A DNA stretch of 64,000 bases from positions 7,564,001 through 7,628,000 of the forward strand of contig NC_135258.1 in assembly GCF_964204865.1 (NCBI RefSeq), written 5' to 3'. Origin of the DNA: Styela clava (lineage: Eukaryota). Shown here piece after piece: positions 12,821 to 24,044 of this stretch. Position 1 is the first letter of the stretch. Each line of letters opens with the position of its first letter. The notes beneath the pieces were generated by a model. That model searched no databases. It was not told the DNA's origin and saw only the letters and a list, made by a program, of their open reading frames with translations. Both the position numbers and the translations under genes were made by a program.

Positions 12821-13069
12821 TTATTGGACACGTTTAGTGGCCATAACGATCGTTTCAAAATGTTGTTGTTATTGTTATTTGTCTCCGTCTCCATTTTTAA
12901 AAAATCGCTTTTCTCTTCGAATACTGGACCGATTGCTTTGATATTTTCAGTGGTTAAAGATAAAATTTTTCTCCAGAAGGCTGTTACTTTTTTTTCGCTA
13001 TGACGTCATCAAACTTATTGCCACTGGGTGGCGCTACGTGTCCATATATTTGAGCATAGCTCTCTTGTT
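12821..13069 (-). mobile_element. HINE/Helentron-like short element, copy 2
   Basis: Same sequence as 4786-5033, inserted at a different T-rich site; empty sites at ~5712 and ~12085. Confidence 0.6.
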
Positions 13070-14617
13070 ATTATTAAGTTATGCCCGTCCTCCAGATACT
13101 TTGTTGTTGTTTTGTTTCCTTCAGAGTGACCGAAATAAAATTGATTGATTGGTAATTGAAAACATTTGGTGACATCAGTCGATTCATCAAATTGTATGAC
13201 GAAACTATCCTTTTTTCCTCTCACTTCAACAATCACTTCTTCAGTGTCAACAGACATTTCTTGGCCATGTTGTTTCACAGTATTGTTAGAAAGCGATACA
13301 CGATCCAACTTCGGCAGCAAGAAGGTTAAAACTGGCCTGCCTGTTACATGCGCTGGCGCTTCACATGTTACCCAAGTCGCTCAAAATAACTTCATCGTGT
13401 TTTTTTTTATCTGGGTGATTGGACTCAAGATGTCGCTTGAGGTAACTTCTGAACACAAGCTACAGTCATATAAAATCAACGTCAATTTCTACGTTTTTTG
13501 TTAATTCAGCACGCATTTCTTGTGAACAGCCCAAGACTTATGTGATGACTTCATCGAACCGCGTTTTTCTACTTTATATATTCAAATGCCGTAGGCTTAC
13601 CATACGTCCCTCTTCAGGCGGGACAGTCCCGCTTGTTAGCGTCTTGTCCCGCCGTTCCGACAAGTCATCCAAAAGTCCCGCTTTGGCGTTCAGCCATCCA
13701 GCATAATACACGAACATTACCAATTAACATGTTCTCGTTATTGTTGTTGCTATGTAGCGCAGCGCTACTTGCTGAAGGTGAATGCGTTATTTTGTTTGTT
13801 TCGTTGTTTCCCGCTAACATTTTTAGCGAACGTATCACATGTAACATTGAACAACGTTTTTTTGAAGAAGGTGTTATCTACAGAAAAGCATGATTGGCGA
13901 AGTAAATTCTCAATGCGTGAAAACGCCAGGTTATTTTACTATTCTTTCTTTCTTTTGATGCACATTAAAAATCGAAATTCGAATTATTTATATCGTTAAC
14001 GTCGATTTCTTTCTATTTTCCGAACTGAACCCGATATTTGAACAGAGAATATACGCATGAACTCTCGATGACAATATGGCTAATGAAAACAGTCGGGATA
14101 ATTTAAAAAGTAACCCTATGTAGTAAAATCGGAAAATGTAAAGTTACAAAATCACAGTAAAGGGTTCGTTGTCTTTGGAGGCGTCCCGCTTTGAAGTCAC
14201 AAAAATATGGTCACTCTATCTTTACCCCAAATACACTGCTATAAACGCCTTCCAGCGAATACATATATAGTAATATGGAAGATGAAGAGAAAGCGTTGCC
14301 GGCATATTTTAGCCGACTCAAAAGTTGCTTGATAATAAATAAATAGTAAATAAAATAAATAATGAATAAAATATCGCAAAAGTTGCTTGTTGCAATATTT
14401 TAAAGCTGATCGCATCCCTGAAATCTTCCGCGGTGATACGCAGGTTGAGGGCCACTGGTCTAAAAGTTAACAATTTATTATTTACTTATTGAACAATCCA
14501 CATTGTGGAACCATTAAAAAAATAAAAGTTACCAAGTAAAAGTTGGTTTTTAATATTGTTAATTGTCAACTCTTTTATATTGTTTTTACGAGACGAAAAA
14601 ACATGCATACATGTAAG

Positions 14618-14660
14618 CAGTGGTGGGATTCAGTCGGTTCGAATTTGAATCCCACCACTG
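14618..14660. mobile_element. 43-bp minimal hAT-type MITE
   Basis: 15-bp perfect TIRs CAGTGGTGGGATTCA/TGAATCCCACCACTG; 8-bp TSD CATGTAAG at 14610-14617 and 14661-14668. Confidence 0.85.
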
Positions 14661-14898
14661 CATGTAAGTTTAGGGTTTTGCACGATTTTCTTGGTTTCGC
14701 ATGTTTCCATTTGCTTTTGATCCGTTTTCTTTTGTTTCGCGTTGTAAGCAGAATGTTAAATTTTTAGTAATTCCCTTTGATCTAGCTGTTTGTTACATGT
14801 AACCCATTTGTTTTTCATTTGATTTTTATAAAATAAAAATAACCCGGTATATCATATATTTACGGTTATATGCATGTGCAATGTGTATGTCTGATAAT

Positions 14899-15396
14899 GG
14901 ACCTTTCCCCGACCTTTGACCCCCGGAAAAATCTTTCTATACTTTACTATTGCAAAATTTTCAGTGCTATTTTAGGGGTGATTTTGCGAGTTGGCGCCTG
15001 TAAAATGGGGTATGTGTTTCAAACCATCATTATGATTCAACGCACATAACAATCTGTTTTTTAAAAGTACCGGTAAAGATTTTCAGGCTAGTCTATCACA
15101 GCTATTTCTACACTAATTTTTATTACTGCAATTAAATTAAAACTCCTAGATAGACAGAGTGATCATTAAATTATCTGATTTTTATTTAAGTTTCCGAAAC
15201 ACAACTGAAAACTAACGAATAGAGTTCAAAAACGCAAAAACGAGGTAATGTTTACAACCACGCTCGAAAATCTGTCTGAGTGAGAAAAGTGTCTGAGCGG
15301 ATGCAAAAAGGGGGCATTGTTACGTCACTTTTTGCATCTTGCTGATTGGCCAATATTACGAAGTAAACAAGGAAGTCGATGCTCGGGGAAAGGTCC
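14899..15396. mobile_element. MITE (PIF/Harbinger-ISL2EU-like)
   Basis: 14-bp perfect TIRs GGACCTTTCCCCGA/TCGGGGAAAGGTCC, with AT on both flanks. Confidence 0.65.
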
Positions 15397-16339
15397 ATAG
15401 TGAACAGCCCCAGCGGGTGGCGTGTTGGCTTGAATTGTTTTGAATTTTCATATTCATTTACAGCTGTCTATGAGCTACAGATTTATGAGAATACAGTTTC
15501 GGTATGTAGTCTATGCATGTAAGTTTGTTTTCAGATGGTCAAGGAAGCGGTGTGTATGTACCGGTATGGTATGGTAGTTGGTACCATGTAGCACTTACAG
15601 CTGTCTATGCAGCTACAGATTTGTAAGAATACGGTACCGGTATCGGTACGGCACCGTACCGGTACCGGTACCGGTATATTTGTATATAGCAGCAGTAAGA
15701 ATATTCCGAAGAGGTTTGAAAGGCGTACTAGTATTTATAACATTTAAAAAAAATATTTTTTTGCATTATATTCAACATATCACACCTATCGTTTCATCAC
15801 TCTGTAACTGCATAACTTCAGCTTCAGGGTGCCTAATTGAAAATTAAATAATCTCTTTTCATGAATTAACAAGCATGTTTGTGAGGTGTTGTTAGATCTT
15901 ATTCTATAATCTCCTGACAAAACATGATAATAAAACTGTAAAGACAAAGGTCATGGAAGTATCTAAAATTCAGCAAATGTTATTCTTATTCATCACTCCA
16001 ATATTGGCAATATAGTGGTTTGCAAAATTCTTAAACTACGTACCGTATCATTTTGAATTATTCCCCCCCCTCCACACACACCTGCACACCCTTCTTCCTA
16101 CTACACATAAAAATCTGTCCACATTCAGACATTAATTATTCAAGCTTTAATGAAATATTTACATGTCATGTACGCACATCTGTGTCTTAGGTCAGTAAGG
16201 TCTTGAACATGTATCCTGTCTCTGTTTTACTGTTTAATTATTATGCAGATACTGTTACATTTTTGAGGCAAATAAACATACATACATACATTTACCAGAT
16301 ATGTACAATATCTTAATGCTACACTCAATACTCGAATAC

Positions 16340-17050
16340 CGGTCTTACTACTTACTGAATACAGCGCGAAACACCGCAAAGAGCGCAAAATAGCGCGAAA
16401 CAGCGCAAAGCAGAGGGAAAAGCGCAAAACAGTGGGGAAACAGCGCAAAACAGCGCGAAAGAGTGCAAAACAGAGGGAAACAGTGTGAAGCGGAAAATTT
16501 TTTTGCAATGAGTTCGGGGCACCTTGTTTCGAGTTGGAGTACCACGGCAGCAAATTAAAAACACAAACCAACGTATGTAGCCAGTAATGCTGTAATTGCA
16601 GGTCTGCCCCTGCTTGTGACACATTTTGGGTACCATAATTTAGAACATTTTCCATATGGATGTGGTTGGCTTTAGGGTTAGGGTTAGGTAAAAAGGGACC
16701 TCCAGAAGTATGTGCACCAAGGTGGCGCACAACCTGAAAATAGTATGTGTGTGTGTGTGTAGCGGATTCAGGTTGTGCGACATATTGCTGCACATACTTC
16801 TGGAGCACCAAAAAGGTAGATAAAATTTCGCATGATGACCTATAATCCGGTACATAACCTTGTAAATATACCGGAAATAGCGCCATAAAACCATGGCGAG
16901 AGGCACCGTGGTTCTTTCGTGGCAGGAGGTGGTAATGACTGCGTCTCCTGTTTTGCGCTGTTTGCTTCTGTTTCGCGCTGTTTTCCTCTGTTTCGGCTGT
17001 TTTGCGCTCTTTGCAGTGTTTCGCGCTGTATTCAGTAAGTAATAAGACCC
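16340..17050. mobile_element. Foldback (MULE-like) element with modular TIRs and 9-bp TSD
   Basis: GGTCTTA(C/T)TACTTACTGAATACAGCGCGAAAC inverted at both ends, followed by ~10-bp AAACAGCGC(G/A) tandem modules; CTCGAATAC duplicated at 16331-16339 and 17051-17059. Confidence 0.8.
16696..16809. mobile_element. ~110-bp hairpin element (related copies 37895-38004 and partial 18702-18772)
   Basis: GGACCTCCAGAAGTATGTGCA...TGCACATACTTCTGGAGCACC, flanked by the direct repeat AAAAAG. Confidence 0.65.
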
Positions 17051-17311
17051 CTCGAATACATACAAAGTAAAACATTCAATTCCTCTTTGTTTGAAAACGC
17101 TGCTCGAATACTATCATGTTTGAGCATTCGTGTGTCAATTGTATGGACAGTAATATCTGAATATGGACGTCAGGAAGTTCTCGTACCTTTTGTATTATTT
17201 TATACAGTTATAACAACCGATTTTATATTTAATTTGTCCTTTATCAGATCATAGAAACAGGAGTTAACCATTTGCAAATATAAAAAGTTTAAAAGTAGGC
17301 GGCATTTTGCA

Positions 17312-18319
17312 ATGGCAACCATTGTCAAAGATGTAACACTGAAGCAGGGCGCTTTAAAGGAATTGCTAATGACAAAGCATTCTACTTATTTAGCTGCTTA
17401 TGGATCAAAGAAAAATGATTATGAATACTGCATGACAGAGTATCTTCGACTAAGTGGGATATATTGGGGTTTAACCGCGATGGATCTGTTGGGACAAATT
17501 GAAGAAATGAATAAAGATGAAATTCTGTCCTATTTAAATTCTTGTAAGCATGATTGTGGTGGATATTCTCCTGCACCACAACACGACCCGAGTATTTTAT
17601 ATACTCTCAGTGCGATACAGATTGCATGTATTTATGATCGATTGGATGTTATAGATGTGGAAAAGACTGTGGAATATATTGAAAACCTTCAAAATGAAAA
17701 TGGGTCTTTCGCTGGTGATAAATGGGGTGAAATTGACACCCGTTTCTCATTTTGTGCAATTGCATCACTAGCATTACTCAGTAAGTTGAAAGAAGGTGAC
17801 AGCAAAGTTGATTTGGAAAAAGCTGTTGATTTTATTATTTCATGTATGAATTTCGATGGAGGTTTTGGGTGTCGGCCTGGATCAGAGTCGCATTCTGGAC
17901 AGATATATTGCTGTCTCGGTGCATTGTCAATTCTTGGTCAACTCCACAGAGTCGATGCAGATTTACTCGGTTGGTGGTTATGTGAACGACAGCTTCCATC
18001 TGGAGGCCTCAATGGCAGACCTGAAAAGCTACCTGATGTTTGTTATTCCTGGTGGGTTTTATCTTCACTTTCTATATTAGGAAAAGTTCATTGGATTGAC
18101 AGTAAAAAATTAATCAATTTTATTCTTGCGTCACAAGATGATGAAACTGGTGGAATTGCTGATAGACCTGGTGATATAGTTGACCCTTTTCATACTTTGT
18201 TCGGCATCACTGGTCTTTCACTTCTTGGTGACTCTAGATTGAAGAAAGTTAATCCTGTGTTTTGTATGCCACAGTATGTCATTGATAGAGTTGGTATACA
18301 GATACAAACTTTGAACTAA
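17312..18319 (+). CDS. RABGGTB: Geranylgeranyl transferase type-2 subunit beta, single-exon CDS
   Basis: 335 aa; [68 protein letters not shown]. Confidence 0.97.
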   Translation: MATIVKDVTLKQGALKELLMTKHSTYLAAYGSKKNDYEYCMTEYLRLSGIYWGLTAMDLLGQIEEMNKDEILSYLNSCKHDCGGYSPAPQHDPSILYTLSAIQIACIYDRLDVIDVEKTVEYIENLQNENGSFAGDKWGEIDTRFSFCAIASLALLSKLKEGDSKVDLEKAVDFIISCMNFDGGFGCRPGSESHSGQIYCCLGALSILGQLHRVDADLLGWWLCERQLPSGGLNGRPEKLPDVCYSWWVLSSLSILGKVHWIDSKKLINFILASQDDETGGIADRPGDIVDPFHTLFGITGLSLLGDSRLKKVNPVFCMPQYVIDRVGIQIQTLN

Positions 18320-19394
18320 TATTGAAAACTTGTGCCACACTGTAATTCAACACGATCAGTGTACCACATGTTGATGCATGCTTTTGCACTATTTGATGTT
18401 TAAAGTTGATAGCAAACAATGTTAAGCAGCCTCGAGTTGAACTCAAAAACTCGTACTCAACTAACGCCAGTGTGACTTATCTAAGTGATTAACTCAACTC
18501 TTTAGACTCTGATTACCTGTGATTCGACGTGACTCAGGACTTGTGGTTCAGGGGTTTATACCCAACAATGATATTAAATCCTTCCAGAATATTGTTTTGT
18601 CACATTCACTTAATTGGAATGTCAATTTGTTAATGGTTCTACTACCAGGAGGTGGGTATGGTTTGCTATTTAATTTACTCTTGATATTGGAATAAAAGTA
18701 TGGCCTAACCATAACCTGGTACACATACTACGTTCTGGTGTCCGTCATCTTGGTTCGCGTACTTCGGGAGTACAGATATGACTGCCATGGCAGATAGGTA
18801 CAAACAGTTTTCGACTTGTATATCAGAGCAGACTATGGACAACATGGCTTTCTAACACCCTAATATGCGTGATTAATTTATCTTGGTTTAATGTGAAACA
18901 CATTGAGATTTCAATAGATTAATCATTCATTTATTAATATACTACTTTTAACAAAATGCCGACTTAAATTATTTGTATAGGTAAATTATTATTGTTGAAA
19001 AATTGGACTGAAATAATTTCATGAAGATAACTAAGTGGATTTTTTTTTTAATTTACATTTGTCAGACTTCTTACAGGATGCCAAGTTTTCGTCGTTTATA
19101 TGTTTATATAATTATATTCATATGTATTTTAAGATATGTAAATCATGAGTGATCTTATCATAGTAATAAGATGTTTCACAATAGAAATTGGTAATATGAA
19201 TACATTTCCTATTCCCAAGCATAACATAATTATTACAGATCATGAATAAGCATCGCATCATTACTTATATTTAATTTATCATATTTTAAATTGAACGCTT
19301 AAGACAATATCTTTTGATCACTGTTTAAAACATTTAAACACTACTATTATATTTGTAGCAGTCATTTCGAATAAAATAATATCATTAATGAAAT

Positions 19395-22300
19395 ATGGAA
19401 ACAGAGGTTGAAATATCTCCAAACGAAAAAGTTCTAGCCGAACAGTTGAAGGCAGTTTGTACACCCTTCGGTGATGAAAGGCGATCAAAACTAAAGGAAT
19501 CAACTGATATTTTGTTTGAAATGGGCAAGTTATATCTTGAAAAAGCAAAGTCATCTACAGGAATGAAACAAAAACTTGATTTTATAAAATGTTCTGCTTT
19601 ATTACACGGTGCTAAAGTTCGATATGAAAGAATATTATACGATATAAAAGGAGGAAATGAAGTTCACAAATTCCTCTTATCAATGGAGAAAGTGTTGTTG
19701 CAAGCTTGTGGAGGTAAACAGTGTGATATAACTCTCTCTGAATTATCCTCTCATATTTCAAAAACATTCAAGAATCTAAGAAAGGATGAAAAAGCTAAGT
19801 TACGTGAATTGGAACCACTTGATGAAGATCTTTCTGAAGATGAAATTCTTGAAAAACAGTTGAATAAAATTGAAACTATCCAACACATGATGAAGGAAAA
19901 CACACAAAATTATATTGATTTAATGAAATGCATTGCTTATTATTGTATGAAGATTCTAGGAGATTGTCCATGTTCGTTTGCTCTCGTTGGTTTGGGATCT
20001 TTGGCTCGGGAAGAAATAACTTTATATTCTGATTTTGAACACATAATAATTCTTGAAGAGGGTATCGATGATTCTCCAAATTATCATGAAGTGAAAGAAT
20101 ATTTTAGATGGTTTGCTGTGATATTTGAGATTATTATGATTGGTTTGGGTGAGACTATAATCAGAAGTGTTGGCGTGAAAAGTATAAATGACCTTTATTC
20201 TGAGGATAAGTCTAAAAATTGGTATTACGACAGTTTTACTACTAGTGGTGTATCTTTTGATGGAATGGTTCCCCATGCATGTAGTACACCTCTGGGTAGA
20301 CAAGAACCAACAAAAAATCGTAAGCACAAAGTTGAACTGATTCAACCTGTCAGTAAAATGGCTTCGTATCTAACATCGGATGAAGAAATCAAAAATGGTT
20401 ACTATTTGAAAGAAATGCTCATAAGAACTTGCTTCGTTGGGGGAAATAGGGAGTTATATGATGAATTTCAAAGTCATAAAATAGCAATTCTTAATAAGGA
20501 GATAAAGTATGATGTTTCAAAAAACATTGAAAGACAAATAACCAGAAACGTAAACTTGATAGTTACAGGAAGGATTGTTACAAATATTGCTCGCAAAATT
20601 GATGTGAAAAACTTGTTTTATAGACCAATCACTGCGCTTATTAGTTATTGGGCTCGCCTTCTTGAGGTTCTAAATAATTTTTATCTGACAACATCATCCA
20701 GCTTTCTTATTTCTGAGATGATGTGTAATTTTCCTCTTACATATGCGCTTGCAGTTGCTCATGAACTGCGCTTGAAAATATATGCAAAATCGGGATGTCG
20801 TTGGTTCAAAATTTATACGGAGGAAATATTTGAATATGTCAGTAAAAATTGTGCTACACATTGCCTCACACAAATATTTGTTCTTAGCGATAATCTTCAT
20901 GAAAAGGCCAGAGAGGCCATGCTTATAGATAAACCTTCATTTGAAAATCGGCCTAAAACAATATCTGATGGAAAAACTTTGGCCCAGATGCAATTAGCAC
21001 GTTTTGAAGATGCCATTCCTAAACTTCGGGAAGAAGCAAGTTTAGAAAAAGATTTATTGAGTGCTAAACCTTCTACTGATAATGAAATCGGGATATACGA
21101 TCTGAGGGTGATTGAAGCCACATTGATGGCAGCTAGACAAACCAATAAATTACCTCCAACAGAGTGGATCAACCATACAGAGATTTATTTGAAAGAAATT
21201 ATTGAAGATGGTACAGAACATCCAGCTAGGATTTCGTTTGCAATGAACTTGCTGGACATTGTGTATATATTTCAAGTTAATCCTAAAGAATCAATTGAAT
21301 TAAATAATCATCAATTTGAAAGATTTATTGGTCATGCGGGGACCCAATTTCTGATGCAAATTCGTTTCACCCAAGTAATGCAAATGACGATTTGCATGAG
21401 TCCTGCAGAAATGTTAGAGTATTGTATGGAAGGGATGAAAAAAAACAATGACATATGCTCACTCTATGGCTTTAAACTTGGAATAGCTTTTGCAGAAATA
21501 GAGATGGGAAACAAAGTTGAAGGTGCCGACAAGTTGCTTTCTTTGGTAAAAGATCTTTTTGAATGCAAGTGTCGTATGTTCGGGAAATTACTTACCTTAG
21601 AAATTGTGGCGTATATATTTGAATTTCAGATGGTACAAAACTTATTAGAGGATGCATATCAGACTTTGGAATTAGCAAATATCATTGAAGAATCTCAAAT
21701 TGAAATTGTTAACTTGGAAGCTGTGAGTGAAGGTATTTTATCAAGTGGACTGGTTGGAATGTGTTATGTGGAAAGAGGCATTGAAGAACAAGACATTAGT
21801 AAGGAGAAGGAACTTCTTTTAAAAGGCATAAGTTTCTGCCGGTCACCTCCTACAAGAGAAAGATTGAAGAAATCTACCAAGCACTATTATGAATTGGGCA
21901 TCAAGTCATATATACGTACATGTTTGGTTTCTACGGAATTGCAAGACGTACCAAATATTTGTAGTCTTTACTCTGATGCTCTGACCTCCTTGAAAAATGA
22001 CAGTTTCTTTCGTTCATATTTTCTTATGGTTATCCCAAATTTACTTGCTATTTTTATTGCAGAAGAAAATCTGATGTTAGTCCTCTATTCAATATCATTT
22101 ACTATTGATCATTTACAGAGTTTGTTGTGTCACCCATTCGTGATTAGTGAGATGAAAAGTTTTTTGACCAAAATACTCAAAATTGTACTGTGGGAATCTG
22201 TGTTCTGCGATCCTGCTTTGACTGCTATAGTAATGCAAGCAGAATTGGATTCTAATTGTTTAGAAAGTTTGAACAATATTTTATCACATTATGAAGAAAA

Positions 22301-22739
22301 TTATTTCTTTGCATCAGTTGCTACTGTATGGAAAAGATTAATTAAGGGCTGCTTTTCAGCTAAAGATCTTCAACAGATTAATTTTTTTGTTGGACTCAAA
22401 CTCTTTATCTCCCTTGGACAACATTCTTGTGATTTTGTAACAAAAACTATAAAAGAATACTCTTTGATTGGTGACAATATGACCAGTAATTTGTATAACA
22501 AAGGTGTTCAACAATACATAGACAATGACTTCCAATCTGCTGCCCGTTATTTTTGGAAAATAGTCAACAATACCAAACATCGATCAACTACACAAGTACG
22601 TTCTATTGTAATGTTGTATCACTCGATTATCAAAAATCCATCCGGATTTGATCGTTGTGTCATCAAAGGTTATTTGAGTTTGACTCAATCTCATTTTTAC
22701 AAAGGAAGACAAAAGTATCATGTTGCTGGAATACGATAA
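19395..22739 (+). CDS. Nucleotidyltransferase (GlnD/GlnE/DUF294-like) + helical/TPR-like protein, paralogue A
   Basis: 1114-aa uninterrupted ORF; FALVGLGSLAREEITLYSDFEHIIIL; TPR-like LYNKGVQQYIDNDFQSAARYFWKIV near the C-terminus. Confidence 0.8.
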   Translation: METEVEISPNEKVLAEQLKAVCTPFGDERRSKLKESTDILFEMGKLYLEKAKSSTGMKQKLDFIKCSALLHGAKVRYERILYDIKGGNEVHKFLLSMEKVLLQACGGKQCDITLSELSSHISKTFKNLRKDEKAKLRELEPLDEDLSEDEILEKQLNKIETIQHMMKENTQNYIDLMKCIAYYCMKILGDCPCSFALVGLGSLAREEITLYSDFEHIIILEEGIDDSPNYHEVKEYFRWFAVIFEIIMIGLGETIIRSVGVKSINDLYSEDKSKNWYYDSFTTSGVSFDGMVPHACSTPLGRQEPTKNRKHKVELIQPVSKMASYLTSDEEIKNGYYLKEMLIRTCFVGGNRELYDEFQSHKIAILNKEIKYDVSKNIERQITRNVNLIVTGRIVTNIARKIDVKNLFYRPITALISYWARLLEVLNNFYLTTSSSFLISEMMCNFPLTYALAVAHELRLKIYAKSGCRWFKIYTEEIFEYVSKNCATHCLTQIFVLSDNLHEKAREAMLIDKPSFENRPKTISDGKTLAQMQLARFEDAIPKLREEASLEKDLLSAKPSTDNEIGIYDLRVIEATLMAARQTNKLPPTEWINHTEIYLKEIIEDGTEHPARISFAMNLLDIVYIFQVNPKESIELNNHQFERFIGHAGTQFLMQIRFTQVMQMTICMSPAEMLEYCMEGMKKNNDICSLYGFKLGIAFAEIEMGNKVEGADKLLSLVKDLFECKCRMFGKLLTLEIVAYIFEFQMVQNLLEDAYQTLELANIIEESQIEIVNLEAVSEGILSSGLVGMCYVERGIEEQDISKEKELLLKGISFCRSPPTRERLKKSTKHYYELGIKSYIRTCLVSTELQDVPNICSLYSDALTSLKNDSFFRSYFLMVIPNLLAIFIAEENLMLVLYSISFTIDHLQSLLCHPFVISEMKSFLTKILKIVLWESVFCDPALTAIVMQAELDSNCLESLNNILSHYEENYFFASVATVWKRLIKGCFSAKDLQQINFFVGLKLFISLGQHSCDFVTKTIKEYSLIGDNMTSNLYNKGVQQYIDNDFQSAARYFWKIVNNTKHRSTTQVRSIVMLYHSIIKNPSGFDRCVIKGYLSLTQSHFYKGRQKYHVAGIR

Positions 22740-23177
22740 CTTGGAGACGCATTATTATTTGATGATATACATGTGCAGATATTGGTTTACAAACTGTGTA
22801 ATTAGAATTTTTGTGGATTTTTTAATGTCTGATTAATGTGTGTTATGTCTGGTTACCCTGATAAACAATTGAAGCTTTTCAATTTTGCAGAAGTTTGGAT
22901 TAAATTGCACCAAAAGTCTGTGATTTGTTTATACAAATATGGCTCATTTTTTCGGTATGTTTGGTTCTATCCATGTTTTGCTGTTTGCTTTGCATTTAGT
23001 GCAACAAGTCTTCAAACCATTTTGTGTTTTATTTTCAATACACTGATTATGTTATAGCCTACATATTATATTCTTTATTTGAAATACTACATATTGTTAG
23101 ATAATTAGTAATTTATTTTTTGATTTTGATTTAGAAATTTCCTATTCTGTTAGATAATTTGTACCATTGTGAAATTA

Positions 23178-23630
23178 CCGTATATCCTTGCATATTAGCC
23201 GAGTTTAAAACTCAAAAAAGGGCTGGAAATGCAGAAATTTCCCATTATGCTTGGTCACTATCGTATGAAGACAATTAGGACACAATTTGCTTCTAGATTT
23301 TTTGCTGTGGTCGCCCAGGATATCTCGACTATGTTAAAATAGGTTATACAATAATAATTGTAAAATATTTTCAATCAAAAAATTCATTAAAACATTAAAT
23401 ATAATAATCAAAAAATGTTTGGAAGGTGGGTGCCAGGCTGTGTGGGCTTTGTTCGAGATTAATATAATCACTAAAAATGATATTCTGAAGGTAGTGAATT
23501 GCGATATTGAATATTAAATTCAAATTGAACATCTCTGGCTTTGATATGGCATTATACGATTTGTAGGGTCGGCTTATATGCGAATTTTCACAAATTTGCT
23601 GTCTAGGGCTGTTTAAGTGAGGATATACGG
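23178..23630. mobile_element. Tc1/mariner-pogo type MITE
   Basis: TA|CCGTATATCC...GGATATACGG|TA; absent from the paralogous position (~62240). Confidence 0.8.
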
Positions 23631-24044
23631 TACATTTACTTTTGCCTGATAGACATATACTAACTAATCTATTTAATGATATTCTGAATTCCAGTGGAAT
23701 TCAAAGTCTGTTGTTTTTCCATATTCTTCTCTTTAAATATGGAAGGACATGTTATAATTAGTGTGTATACTTGGCACACTACAGTGCGACAATCATACAT
23801 ATGACTGTGGGATGGCTATGTTTCTCTTAGCTGCCGCCCCTGGAGCTTCCATTTCATCATTTTTGTTGTTTTCTTGGTGGATAACTGTGGAATATATTCT
23901 GTTAAGTGCACTTTTTCTAATGAACATTTTAGCTATGCTTATGAAAGATTTTCTCTGATGTCCTGGAGAAATACAGTATGCTGTTCTATATATTCTTCAC
24001 TGTAAATATGGAAAATCATTTTTTATTGAAGAGTACCTGTATGT

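Larger units (their letters stand above)
4284..14316. repeat. Tandem segmental duplication, ~2.7-kb unit: copy 1 ~4284-6965; copy 2 ~6966-12700 (with LTR insertion); partial copy 3 ~12703-14316
   Basis: Near-identical blocks at 4284/6968, 5700/12060/13070 and 6237/12609/13592; duplicated ORFs in the track (5681, 12008, 13015; 5811, 12213, 13166). Confidence 0.92.
4200..14457 (-). mobile_element. Decayed hAT (Buster/Charlie, ZBED5-like) transposon with internal tandem amplification and nested insertions
   Basis: Frameshifted transposase fragments TEVHWLSRG..RVFKLRQEL, SDIFLALNHMNLSFQ and VSLSNDTVK..EMS..FVIQFDESTD are each present 2-3 times. A Charlie-like terminus CAGTGGCCCTCAACCTG lies on the minus strand at 14441-14457, flanked by GTCTAAAA. 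Confidence 0.8.

Noticed and set aside
14618-14660. tRNA gene (GGTTCGAAT B-box-like)
   Set aside because: No cloverleaf; fully explained as a TIR element with an 8-bp TSD.
15630-15676. Palindromic (ACCGGT)n/GTAC-rich tract as a regulatory site
   Set aside because: Simple-sequence repeat; similar short tracts occur at ~45920 and ~46070 with no consistent gene context.
16671-16688. Telomere or chromosome-fusion relic (TTAGGG)n
   Set aside because: Fewer than three full units, and located inside a transposon.
16227-17075. 282-aa ORF and overlapping ORFs
   Set aside because: Low-complexity translation of the foldback element's 10-bp modules; no recognisable domain.
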